Both the position numbers and the translations under genes were made by a program. Shown here piece after piece: positions 1 to 9,936 of a stretch of DNA of 64,000 nucleotides. Location: positions 38,000-101,999 of IMG/VR virus record IMGVR_UViG_3300047564_002353; one strand, 5' to 3'. The notes under the pieces were generated by a model. That model saw only the letters and a list, made by a program, of their open reading frames with translations, did not search any database and was not told the origin of the DNA. The DNA is from a virus. Position 1 is the stretch's first letter, and each line of letters opens with the position of its first letter.

Positions 1-568
1 TATTAATATTGATATTATTCGGAGGATAGTATCTAGACGATCCAACTAATGGGGGAGATATTGATCCGTTTATTGCTACACTAATATATGTAGATCCATC
101 AGCACCTCTGCTACCTGTATATCCTCCAGCAGGACCTGCTGATCCAGTATATCCTACAATTCTACCTACATTGGTCCAACTACTGCCGCCCCATACCCAA
201 AGATATCCAGTGTCGTCAGTAATATACCCATCACCGATATCGCCGACATAAGGATCAGGCAGATTAGCACTCGATGCAACTGTGCCTACAATGGCTACAC
301 TGGTACCGTCAGTTCCATTGGATCCGGCACTGCCTGTATAACCTTGACTACCTGTGTATCCAACGGCGGCAAATTCTCCTGGTATACCTTGACTGCCAGT
401 ATATCCTATTGATCCAGTATATCCTTGACTACCAGTATATCCTTCACTACCTGTATAACCTGTGCTGAGAGAAGTTGCCTTCCAGTAGACACCATTAAAC
501 ACCCAGGAACGATTACCTTCGGTGTACGTGTCATTTAAACTAGGATTGTTAGGAAAATTTATAGGCAT
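1..568 (-). CDS. Collagen-like (GYTGS-repeat) fibre protein, runs off the left edge
   Basis: ATG at 568 reads MPINFPNNPSLNDTYTEGNRSWVFNGVYW then GYTGSQG repeats; open to position 1; absent from the ORF track because truncated. Confidence 0.8.
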   Translation of the reverse strand, partial: MPINFPNNPSLNDTYTEGNRSWVFNGVYWKATSLSTGYTGSEGYTGSQGYTGSIGYTGSQGIPGEFAAVGYTGSQGYTGSAGSNGTDGTSVAIVGTVASSANLPDPYVGDIGDGYITDDTGYLWVWGGSSWTNVGRIVGYTGSAGPAGGYTGSRGADGSTYISVAINGSISPPLVGSSRYYPPNNININ

Positions 569-587
569 AATACTTTCTATTTATGAA

Positions 588-3500
588 TTATTGTAACAGT
601 AGTGGTGCTGTAGGTACTACAATAGTACGATCATATAATGTAACACGTAAATCACTGATATATCCATTAAAATAACTAGCGCCGCCGCCTCGAGCAGCTC
701 CTAGATAAATTATATCAGTTTGATTAAAATCTGTGCTTACAGTACCAGTCGCACTTACAGTACCATCGATATAGATATTAAATTGGTTAGCACCTATTCC
801 CGATCTTACCACAGCGATATGTGTCCAAACTCCGGTTGATATTGTAGTAGTTGTAGTTATGGCTGTGCTAACATTTGTAAATACAACTTGATTTGTAGCA
901 CTTAAAGACAGTGCCCACCCTGTTGGAGTACTAGCACCTTTGTTAATAAGATTACCTGAATTTCCAGCGATGATATAAATCCACATGTCTATTGTAAAAT
1001 TTTTAAGACTAAATGTATGGTATGGTAAATGTGCAATTTTTAATCTATTATTAACAGTACCGTCAAAGAATAAACTTGTTTTGCCCCATTTACTTAATTG
1101 AGAACTCACTCTTGCATTTGTAACATCGGAGTAAATTGTAGATTTAGTAGTAAAATCTTTCATAGCTGCGCTGTCAAAATTTGTTAACATTACACATTCT
1201 TCAAAAGTAGTGTTTATGTTATTTGTATTTGGGTAGGAACTAATAGAATTAGAACCATGAGTATTTAAAGGTGCAATAGGAGGAGTAAACACAACATCTC
1301 CAACAGCTGATCCTCCTGTGTAAACTCCAACACCCTTGACTATTCTTAAATCAAAAATGTATCCTCGAAAATGATTAGTGCCGTCTGAACCAATTCTAGG
1401 ACTTCCAGTTCCGTTAGCCGAATTCGTTCCTGTGGCGTTGATATTTTGTAATACACCATTTATGTATACTCTACAGGTTCCGCTTATTCTTGTCCATACC
1501 ACGTGTGCCCAAGCATTATATGGTACGAATAAAGCTGCTACATCTGTTGCGGCGTGCGTATATATTTGCCAAGCTAATCTATTGCTGCTTCTTAAAAAAA
1601 GTTGGTACGAATTTGTAGCACTTGAGGTCCAGAAATTAAAAATCATACGACTCACTGCTGCCGTGTTTGTAGGATAAATCCAAGATTCTATAGTAAAGTC
1701 GCCTGTGCCTAAAGAAAGAGAGCTTTGCTCATTTACTGTTGTTAATAAATCATTACTTCCATCAAAATAACAACTAGTGCCGTTTGTCAGTTCATCGTAT
1801 TGAGTAGATGGTGCAAATGGCGTAAATGGTTGTGTTGCAACTGTTCCGCTGGCAGTTAATATAAATGAATTGTTACTATTGTCGACAAATCTATTCGATT
1901 GACAAGTTAATAGAGTTGTTTCTGATCCAGTTAATGCAGAAATATTTGTTCCTGCACTTTGAATTCTAGATAACGGCGATGTTGGTGGAGTAAATGTACC
2001 GGTGTACACTGCGGTGCCGTTAACCACACGAAAATTGGAAATGTTTCCAAGCATAAATGCAGTAGATCCTGTAAGTGACCCAATATATGAAATTTGAGCA
2101 GTAGGACTAGCTATTGTTGCAGCAGTAAAACTAATTACAGATGATCCATTCAAATACAAGTTGCAGGCACTTCCATTTTTTACGAAGGCAATATGATACC
2201 ATCCACTTGTAGTTATGATACCAGTAGATGATGCAATAGTTGCCTCACTTGTGCCAGTAATTGAATAAAATATCTGAAGTGCGCCAGTAGTCAATGCTGC
2301 TATAGACAATCCTCTAATACCACTTCCACTACTATTTGCATCCCTGGCAAAAAAAACTCTATTGGATGCCAATGAATCTACCTTCGCCCACATTTCAATA
2401 GTAAAGCTATTAGCAGCAGTCCACAGTGCATTAGCAGCAGCAATACTTAAATAATCCCCAGTGCCATCAAAATAATTACTCCACCCTACGTGACTAAATG
2501 GAGTGAATGTGCTTGTAGCTACATCTCCAGAAAAACTAATAATTCTATGTGAATTTACTTTATCAAACGCAACTTTATTATTATAATCTCTGCGTCCTTT
2601 TAATGTTAATATACTTGTGCTTGAAGCTGAAAATGTTGTATTAACATTAGTTGTTACGGAGTACGGAGTAGAAGATCCATACGGCAATAAATCAGCGATA
2701 GGCGGTGTAAAATCGCCTGTGTAAACTGCAACACCTTTTACAATACGGAAATTACTAATAAACCCACTCCAGGGATCGGTAGTGTCACCTTGTACACCTA
2801 TTCTAAATTCTTTAAGGAAGCCGCTGAACCAAATATTAGTATCAGCAAATGTTCTTGCACCTCCAGAATCAGACTTTCCATTAATATAAAAGTATATAGA
2901 ATTACCACTTCTTACCACAGCAAGATGTACCCAGGTATTGTATGGAACAGAGTCAGTAGAAGTTAACGTAGCAGTGCCGCCATCTGATTCTTTTCTCAAT
3001 ACAAATTCTATTTTACTTGCTGTAGTTATACGCCAAATCCATGCTCCGCCGCCTGACCATGTACTTGCTATACCCCGTATAGCACTAAATGCAACATTAG
3101 AATAAACCCAAGCTTCAAAAGTAAAATCACTACTTCCCATTAAGAAAGCATCACTGAACCCTGTGGCTGTTGTAGGAATTGAAACATATTGTGATGTGCT
3201 ATTTGCAAAATATCCGCTGCCTGAAGTTATATCTGTGTTTGCAAATGGGCTAAACGTCACAGTTTCTGCCTCACCGCTTTTTGTTAAATTCAATTTATAT
3301 GAACTGTTATCAACAATGTTACCATTTTGACAAGTTAATAGACTTGTTTCGGTACCTTGAGGAGGATTAACGCCTCCACTAGTTATTCCTAATGGAGCAG
3401 TAGGTGGTGTGAAAGTAGTTGTATAAACTGCCCTTCCTTTGACTACTCTAAGATTACTGATATATCCGTTCAAATCATTTGCGTTGAGGTATCCGCAACC

Positions 3501-4919
3501 AATTTTTGGTCCTCCGATTACATAATCATTTGCATCAGTATATGTTGACCCGGTTTGTGTACCATCGAGATACATTTTAGTAGATCCTGAACTTTTCACC
3601 ACTGCAATATGATACCACCGACTTGTGCTTAAAGTTGCTCCGGCTATTCTATTATTGCCTACAAAATAAGTTAGTACTCCAGCATTTAGATAAATTACCG
3701 GAGATATAGTAGTGGAACCGGTTCTACCATCATACAATGTTCCTGACGTACCTGAAAGCAAATACAACCATCCTTCAATGGTAAAATCTCCAGTGCCCAT
3801 GGTAAACACAGAGTTACTAGGTGCGTCTATAAAATCATCAGTTCCATCAAAATAAACACTATATCCAGTGTTAAAAGGACTAAATGAAACTGCTTTTGGA
3901 TTCTCAAACGGAGTTTGTTTAACTATTTGAAAAGCATTGTTTGATTCATCGGCTAAAAAAGGGTTAGTACCAGTATCACCAGAAATTAGAAGCACAGTAT
4001 CCTTAAAAAAGATATCTCCTAATATTACAGCCCAAGTTATAGATATTGTTGAACTTCGATTTGAAGTTTCAGCAGTAGCAGTAAGATTAGCCGGTACCGT
4101 TTCTGTTTGAGTAACAGTTCCTGATATTACACCTGTTTCAGCGTTTAGGCTAAATCCACTAGGTAAAGCACTAGCAGTGTAATCTATATCATAGCCTGTT
4201 AATGCTGATGCGTTTAAATTTACAGATGCAGTATTAGCATTTATATTAATAGTGCTACCATTAGTTGGGTATGACCAAATAACTACATCTGTATTCACAG
4301 TAACATTAAATTCTCTTGTGGATGTTTGTAATTCTGCGTCCGTTGCACGAACAGTAAAGGTATACGTATCGTTAGTAGTTGTTGCTTGTGCTGTTCCTGT
4401 TAGTGTTCCATCATTATTAAGAGTCGATCCTGGAGGAATTAATCCACTTACAACATCATATGTAATAGCAGAGTCTGATGCAGCAGACACTGAGGACGAT
4501 ATCGCAGTTGTTTCATAAAAATTACCTATATTACCTGTTGCTGTTACAAAATTAGGAGAACCAGAATACTGTATTCCTGGAACTAAGACTGCTGCTCCGC
4601 CTGATGGATTAATTAATAATACACTATAAGTTCCTGAACTGTTTGCAGGAGAAGTAAATGAAATACGTTTGTCACTTAGAACACTTACAGGACTAATTGA
4701 TACTCCGCCTATTGAAAGAGTTAGTCCGGATTCAAAACCATTACCATTTATATAAACAGTTTCTCCTCCGGCTGGTATTAAAGCCAATGCATTAGAACTG
4801 TCTACTTCAAATCCGCTTATATAAGGTGCGGGTAAAACTTTTTGTAAATGTTTTTCAACAGAATTAATTCTGCCTTCGTTATCACGAGAACGAGTTCCAC
4901 GTCTACTAGAATTAGACAT
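588..4919 (-). CDS. Large virion/adhesin protein with Ig-like domains and multiple LamG/concanavalin A-like domains
   Basis: N-terminal IPT/TIG-like segment (GGETVYINGNGF), Ig-like repeats (FTVRATD, LPSGFSLNAETGVISG), about five LamG-like repeats (DFTIEGW...WYHIAVV...GYISNLRV). Confidence 0.8.
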   Translation of the reverse strand: MSNSSRRGTRSRDNEGRINSVEKHLQKVLPAPYISGFEVDSSNALALIPAGGETVYINGNGFESGLTLSIGGVSISPVSVLSDKRISFTSPANSSGTYSVLLINPSGGAAVLVPGIQYSGSPNFVTATGNIGNFYETTAISSSVSAASDSAITYDVVSGLIPPGSTLNNDGTLTGTAQATTTNDTYTFTVRATDAELQTSTREFNVTVNTDVVIWSYPTNGSTININANTASVNLNASALTGYDIDYTASALPSGFSLNAETGVISGTVTQTETVPANLTATAETSNRSSTISITWAVILGDIFFKDTVLLISGDTGTNPFLADESNNAFQIVKQTPFENPKAVSFSPFNTGYSVYFDGTDDFIDAPSNSVFTMGTGDFTIEGWLYLLSGTSGTLYDGRTGSTTISPVIYLNAGVLTYFVGNNRIAGATLSTSRWYHIAVVKSSGSTKMYLDGTQTGSTYTDANDYVIGGPKIGCGYLNANDLNGYISNLRVVKGRAVYTTTFTPPTAPLGITSGGVNPPQGTETSLLTCQNGNIVDNSSYKLNLTKSGEAETVTFSPFANTDITSGSGYFANSTSQYVSIPTTATGFSDAFLMGSSDFTFEAWVYSNVAFSAIRGIASTWSGGGAWIWRITTASKIEFVLRKESDGGTATLTSTDSVPYNTWVHLAVVRSGNSIYFYINGKSDSGGARTFADTNIWFSGFLKEFRIGVQGDTTDPWSGFISNFRIVKGVAVYTGDFTPPIADLLPYGSSTPYSVTTNVNTTFSASSTSILTLKGRRDYNNKVAFDKVNSHRIISFSGDVATSTFTPFSHVGWSNYFDGTGDYLSIAAANALWTAANSFTIEMWAKVDSLASNRVFFARDANSSGSGIRGLSIAALTTGALQIFYSITGTSEATIASSTGIITTSGWYHIAFVKNGSACNLYLNGSSVISFTAATIASPTAQISYIGSLTGSTAFMLGNISNFRVVNGTAVYTGTFTPPTSPLSRIQSAGTNISALTGSETTLLTCQSNRFVDNSNNSFILTASGTVATQPFTPFAPSTQYDELTNGTSCYFDGSNDLLTTVNEQSSLSLGTGDFTIESWIYPTNTAAVSRMIFNFWTSSATNSYQLFLRSSNRLAWQIYTHAATDVAALFVPYNAWAHVVWTRISGTCRVYINGVLQNINATGTNSANGTGSPRIGSDGTNHFRGYIFDLRIVKGVGVYTGGSAVGDVVFTPPIAPLNTHGSNSISSYPNTNNINTTFEECVMLTNFDSAAMKDFTTKSTIYSDVTNARVSSQLSKWGKTSLFFDGTVNNRLKIAHLPYHTFSLKNFTIDMWIYIIAGNSGNLINKGASTPTGWALSLSATNQVVFTNVSTAITTTTTISTGVWTHIAVVRSGIGANQFNIYIDGTVSATGTVSTDFNQTDIIYLGAARGGGASYFNGYISDLRVTLYDRTIVVPTAPLLLQ

Positions 4920-5278
4920 TAACTTATTTCCTCATAACTACAAATACCTTCGAGATCGCTGTTAGCACTGGCTGTGAGTCTAATAGAATCTCCTTCTTCT
5001 AAATATATTAATACACTTTTATCAATCACAGTGAATGCAGTGCCGGCTGGTATTGATACTAATTTTATTAAGTGTGTAGCTGTTCCGCTTCGATATATAT
5101 CAGCAGTTAAAGATGCTGCATTTGTTCCATCAACATTTGACACTATAAGACTGTTTATTTTTAATATTTTTCCGCTAGGTGATGCATTAGAAACTATCGC
5201 AGTAGCTGATGTTGTTATAGCTAAAAATTGAGTCTTTGCATAAATTTGTGAAACTGCTATTATATTCGGGTTTGCCAT
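4919..5278 (-). CDS. Small virion structural protein (fibre-associated)
   Basis: Probable start MANPNII after GGAGG; beta-rich with LEEGD motif; resembles 7315..7650. Confidence 0.6.
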   Translation of the reverse strand: MANPNIIAVSQIYAKTQFLAITTSATAIVSNASPSGKILKINSLIVSNVDGTNAASLTADIYRSGTATHLIKLVSIPAGTAFTVIDKSVLIYLEEGDSIRLTASANSDLEGICSYEEIS

Positions 5279-5279
5279 T

Positions 5280-7322
5280 CTATCCTCCAAAAACTATTGT
5301 CATAGCGATACTTTGACCAATAGTCACATCGCCTTTTGATCCGGTATAACCTGTATCTCCACGCAACCCAGATGCATTAACTTCGACCCATTGTTGACTA
5401 TCACCGTCGTCTACATATACTGTTAAAATTCCTTCGTTGGTATCATACCAACGATCTCCAATCACAGGACTTACTGGCGGATTAGTTCCCCATGTAAACG
5501 AACTTTCTCCTTTACTTCCAGTATATCCTAGTGATCCTACATATCCAATGTCTCCCGTTCTTGAGAATGTCAAAAACATATCTGCATTATTGTCATAAGG
5601 AGTGATAGTACCTATAACATAAGAGATAGTTAAATTTACATAATTTGAATTATCTGTAACAGATCCAGTAATGGAATAAAATGTAAAGTCTTCTGGATTA
5701 GCTTGACTGGTAAACTTTACGTAGCCTCTGTTGTCTGTGGTGCTGTCTGCTACAGTTGTTAGATATGTATGTATATCATTTCCAAAATAGTCATATCTGT
5801 TAATAGCTGCTGAAGTTACACTAGACAAATTAGTATTGTTAAGAGAAAATTTACCTGAACCTGGATCTGAATTTACAGCGGTCGTCGTATTAAAATTATA
5901 ACCAAATGTGGCACCACCGAAGTTACCTGACAATCCTCGACTACCTGTGTATCCAATATCACCTTGTGATCCTGTATACCCAATGACTGTACTTGCACTA
6001 CCAGTATAGCCGATATCACCTTGACTGCCAGTATAGCCGATATCACCTTGACTGCCAGTAAATCCATAACTACCAGTAAATCCAGTAATACCTTGACTAC
6101 CTGTATAACCTTGAATACCCTGACTGCCTGTATAACCTTGAATACCCTGACTGCCTACGAATCCAGTAACTCCTTGAATACCCTGACTACCTGTATAACC
6201 TTGACTACCTGTGTAACCAATATCACCTTGACTGCCTGTATAACCAATGACCGTGCTTGCACTACCAGTGTAACCAATATCTCCTTGACTACCTGTATAG
6301 CCTTGACTACCTGTATAGCCTTGAGCTCCGTCGGCTCCAATAAATCCGTCGGCTCCAGCACTACCTGTATAACCCTGAATACCTTGACTGCCTGTATATC
6401 CGATATCACCTTGACTACCTGTATAACCAAATGATCCAGTATATCCAGTAATACCTTGACTACCTGTATATCCAATATCTCCTTGTGATCCGGTGTATCC
6501 TTGACTACCTGTATAACCTTGAATACCCTGACTACCTGTATATCCGATATCACCTTTATCACCAGTACGTGCAAAGGTTACTATGATATCTTCATTATTG
6601 CTAAATGAATTAGCACTTCCAGAAACATAACTTATAGGTACTGTGAAATATGTCGAGTTATTTGTACTATTGGCAGTGATAGCAAATATTGCAAAGTCAT
6701 CGCTATTAGCTTTATTGCTTATTCTAACGTGACCTTTGAGCTGACTAGTGCTTGCATCTATCGTTGTCAAATAAGCATCAAGGTTTACATTGTTATCATC
6801 TGTATCTTGAATGTAAAGAGTCGTTGCTGTAGTAATGTCACTTTGATTAACTTTTAATTTTCCAGTACCTGGTGCTGAATTATCTGTATCTGTAGAAAAA
6901 GTATAATCAAATGTCACTCCGCCAAAGTTGCCTTGCGGACCTTGACTACCTGTATATCCTTGACTACCAATATAACCTGTATCACCTTGACTACCTGTAT
7001 AACCAAATGATCCAGTATATCCAATATCACCTTGACTACCTGTATATCCAATATCACCTTGACTACCTGTATAACCAAATGATCCAGTATATCCAATATC
7101 ACCTTGTGATCCAGTATAACCTTTAAAATCGTTGGCGTAAGTAGTAATGTCGGTCCAGGTCCTAGAACCATCAGTATCGCCAATTAGGACACTGTTATTA
7201 ACTGGTGGTAAACCTAAATCGGGTTCAGCATTACTAACATCTAAATAGTCATAACGATCTGCATCAAGTGTTGCACCCGATTTCTTTTTTACTTTGCCAC
7301 TGACTAAACGACTTTTACTCAT
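5280..7322 (-). CDS. Collagen-like fibre protein with two globular inserts
   Basis: (Gly-X-Y)n built from GYT/GSQ/GDI; two similar inserts (GNFGGVTF...PGTGK, GNFGGATF...PGSGK). Confidence 0.8.
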   Translation of the reverse strand: MSKSRLVSGKVKKKSGATLDADRYDYLDVSNAEPDLGLPPVNNSVLIGDTDGSRTWTDITTYANDFKGYTGSQGDIGYTGSFGYTGSQGDIGYTGSQGDIGYTGSFGYTGSQGDTGYIGSQGYTGSQGPQGNFGGVTFDYTFSTDTDNSAPGTGKLKVNQSDITTATTLYIQDTDDNNVNLDAYLTTIDASTSQLKGHVRISNKANSDDFAIFAITANSTNNSTYFTVPISYVSGSANSFSNNEDIIVTFARTGDKGDIGYTGSQGIQGYTGSQGYTGSQGDIGYTGSQGITGYTGSFGYTGSQGDIGYTGSQGIQGYTGSAGADGFIGADGAQGYTGSQGYTGSQGDIGYTGSASTVIGYTGSQGDIGYTGSQGYTGSQGIQGVTGFVGSQGIQGYTGSQGIQGYTGSQGITGFTGSYGFTGSQGDIGYTGSQGDIGYTGSASTVIGYTGSQGDIGYTGSRGLSGNFGGATFGYNFNTTTAVNSDPGSGKFSLNNTNLSSVTSAAINRYDYFGNDIHTYLTTVADSTTDNRGYVKFTSQANPEDFTFYSITGSVTDNSNYVNLTISYVIGTITPYDNNADMFLTFSRTGDIGYVGSLGYTGSKGESSFTWGTNPPVSPVIGDRWYDTNEGILTVYVDDGDSQQWVEVNASGLRGDTGYTGSKGDVTIGQSIAMTIVFGG

Positions 7323-7650
7323 TAGATGTTTCCAAGATACTTAAAATTAAATTTATAGTACTATTAGCACTGACTACAGCTTTAACACTAGATCCTTCTT
7401 CTATAACTAATTTACCTGTTGTTACTTCTGCTGCATCATTGGGAGGTATTTCAAAAGCATTTAACATAACATAATCTGTACTATTCTTTCTAAGAGTAAA
7501 AGTTATAGTAGCTGGACTATTTCCTATGTTACTAGCTTGAGCACCTAACACAATAGTAGTTAAACCTGTAGGTGTAGTATAAAGAGTCTGCTCTGATGTT
7601 GTTAATTCGTATGCTTTAGTTCTAAACGTGTTTAAAGGCAAAGTTGCCAT
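7315..7650 (-). CDS. Small virion structural protein
   Basis: 111 aa, YTTP motif and LVIEEG, translationally coupled to the fibre gene. Confidence 0.6.
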   Translation of the reverse strand: MATLPLNTFRTKAYELTTSEQTLYTTPTGLTTIVLGAQASNIGNSPATITFTLRKNSTDYVMLNAFEIPPNDAAEVTTGKLVIEEGSSVKAVVSANSTINLILSILETSNE

Positions 7651-7653
7651 AAA

Positions 7654-9906
7654 TTAATCTCCAATTGCCAATATGTAAGGTGTCATAACAGCGAACAAAC
7701 TCTTAGTGAATGTTCTACCAGTAATGGTTCCTGTGTTTCTATTAATCACTAAGTCGTTACCAATTCTAAAATCGCCTCGTTGATCTGTTCCTGTATAATA
7801 AATTTTTCCTTGGTTAACCTGCACTACTTGATTTTCTGTCACAGGTATACCGCCAAGGTATGGAAGAGCAGTATTTACATTAGTGCCGGCACCGACCCAT
7901 TCAAATGTTTGTCCAGCTGCTGTAATCAAACTAAATTGATGAAAAGTAACTGCTGCATTATCAGCTATTTCACTAGCAGTTTCTTCTAAAGTAATTGTAC
8001 TCGAATAGGCATTTTCAACAAGATTCGTAACTATATCAAACAAACCGTTAGCGATTCCAACTTCTGTATTAGTGGCTGCTGGATTACTAGTATTTTGACT
8101 TACGGATCCATTTAATGCAGAAACATTAGTATTAACTAAACAGGCCGCTGCTACAGTTTTTAGATATGCAAATGTATCTATAGTAGCCTGTTTTTCTCCG
8201 GCTGGAACTTGTAGCGTGCCTGTGCTGTAATATTCATCAGCTGCATCAGCAGTTTGACTATTACCTCCATAGAGTATATCATATGTTATTGAATCAATAA
8301 TATAACCAATATCTCTACGGCATTTAGTAGAGTCATAACTTAAAGCTGGATAGTTTGCAGTTATGTATGCAATACCTTCCTCGATAAAGAAACTACGGTT
8401 GGCTTGTAAAATTGTTTTAGCTCTAGAATTGTTAGTTGATACACCTGTTGGATTGTTAAATGAATATGCAGGTGCAACTCCTATACCATTGTTTATTATA
8501 TTAGTGATTGTATTGAAATTAGTCTGAACTCTAGTATACTCAGGACCTTGTGTGCTATCTGAACTTAGTATATCAAGTACTGCATCTCTAGCAAAATTTA
8601 TACCTGCTATGGTTTCTGTTTTTTGATTTGTTGTTACTTCACTGGCAGTTGCTCTATAATAACTTATACCTGCTTGTACAGATTTATAGTTGGTGTTTAG
8701 AACCATATCATCTACTACAGCATCGATAATTAGTCCAACATCTCTACTACATTTAAATTGATTAAAATCAAATGTAGGATAAGTTTCGTTCAAATAATCA
8801 ATTACATCAATTTGTATTTTACTTTTTGCATCTAGAACATTTTGTCTAGCATTTCTAGCATCTGCTGGTTCTGCTGCATAACTTGGAGAACTAATGGTAG
8901 TTGACCCGCTGGTAAAAGCAGTGCTAGTGGCCAATGTATAATAAGTTTCATCTCCTACAAATTTTACTGCATCTCCGACATTTGGTCTTGTGGTTAAATT
9001 ATCAACGACAAAGGTTCTACCTGAAGTAGTTCCATTAACTTTTCCTGAATATAGTGTAGAACTTACGCCGTCAGCTTTCAATCCATAATTACCAAAACTA
9101 CTGTTACTATTAGTTAAACTACAGAATCCACCGCTTTCACAAAGCACAGCAACATCACAACAAATAGTAAACACAGAAACTAATTGTGTGTTTCCTCTAT
9201 TTTTATGATGAATACCTATTCCACCTTGGTTATATTGTGTAAATGCATCAACTACCATACTACGTAAACCAGAACAGTGAGCACCATCAACACGCATACC
9301 AGTTCCTGTAGTAGTCATACTAGTGCAGTTTTGTACATAAGGACTGGTATGAATAACTCCTGCACTTCCGTTAGGGTTAAATGCTACCGCGGCAGACGGA
9401 CTTTCATGATCTTTAAAAGTCATATGTGCTAGATAAGCACCATTGTTTACATAAAATAAATCTTGTGTTTTATTCTGTGGACGAACGGTAACTGTTCTAA
9501 GATTGTCGCCAACAATAGCCACACCTTCAGGAACAGTTAAAGGATTAACTTCTGTGTAATCACCACTCTTAACAAATATCGTAGTGCCGTTAGTAGCAAC
9601 TTGTAGTGCAGATTTAATTGTTAGCTTACTGAGATTTAATGCAGTTCCATTATTTGAGTCATTGCCGCTTTTACTAACATAAAGAACATTCTGTACAGCA
9701 ATATTTCCTACACTACCTGCATAACCTGTACTACCTGAATATCCTCTTAGTCCACCGTAAGGCAATTCAGTCCAGGTATCATTACCGTTACCAATTTTAA
9801 ACAGATTAGTATCTGTTTCAATTCCCATTTCACCTTCGGCAAGAACCGGATCGACACTAGTCCACTCTGCGGCAAGTCCTCGTCTAAACTGTATTTGTAT
9901 GGCCAT
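7654..9906 (-). CDS. Tail fibre/structural protein: Mtd-like N-terminal domain, beta-helix-like region, KCxRD repeats
   Basis: IQFRRG..AEW...DPVLAEGEMGIETDT..FKIGNG...W..LPY N-terminus; YVSKSGNDSNNG; two KCxRDxGxIIDxxxxD repeats. Confidence 0.75.
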   Translation of the reverse strand: MAIQIQFRRGLAAEWTSVDPVLAEGEMGIETDTNLFKIGNGNDTWTELPYGGLRGYSGSTGYAGSVGNIAVQNVLYVSKSGNDSNNGTALNLSKLTIKSALQVATNGTTIFVKSGDYTEVNPLTVPEGVAIVGDNLRTVTVRPQNKTQDLFYVNNGAYLAHMTFKDHESPSAAVAFNPNGSAGVIHTSPYVQNCTSMTTTGTGMRVDGAHCSGLRSMVVDAFTQYNQGGIGIHHKNRGNTQLVSVFTICCDVAVLCESGGFCSLTNSNSSFGNYGLKADGVSSTLYSGKVNGTTSGRTFVVDNLTTRPNVGDAVKFVGDETYYTLATSTAFTSGSTTISSPSYAAEPADARNARQNVLDAKSKIQIDVIDYLNETYPTFDFNQFKCSRDVGLIIDAVVDDMVLNTNYKSVQAGISYYRATASEVTTNQKTETIAGINFARDAVLDILSSDSTQGPEYTRVQTNFNTITNIINNGIGVAPAYSFNNPTGVSTNNSRAKTILQANRSFFIEEGIAYITANYPALSYDSTKCRRDIGYIIDSITYDILYGGNSQTADAADEYYSTGTLQVPAGEKQATIDTFAYLKTVAAACLVNTNVSALNGSVSQNTSNPAATNTEVGIANGLFDIVTNLVENAYSSTITLEETASEIADNAAVTFHQFSLITAAGQTFEWVGAGTNVNTALPYLGGIPVTENQVVQVNQGKIYYTGTDQRGDFRIGNDLVINRNTGTITGRTFTKSLFAVMTPYILAIGD

Positions 9907-9936
9907 TTTTTATAAAATCTGCTGTTATTTTAATAT

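Noticed and set aside
8200-8800. Phycobiliprotein similarity from KCxRD motifs
   Set aside because: Embedded in a fibre protein as a structural repeat; insufficient to infer bilin binding or a cyanobacterial host
7654-9906. Diversity-generating retroelement suggested by the Mtd-like N-terminus
   Set aside because: No reverse transcriptase or TR/VR pair differing at adenines was seen in the window
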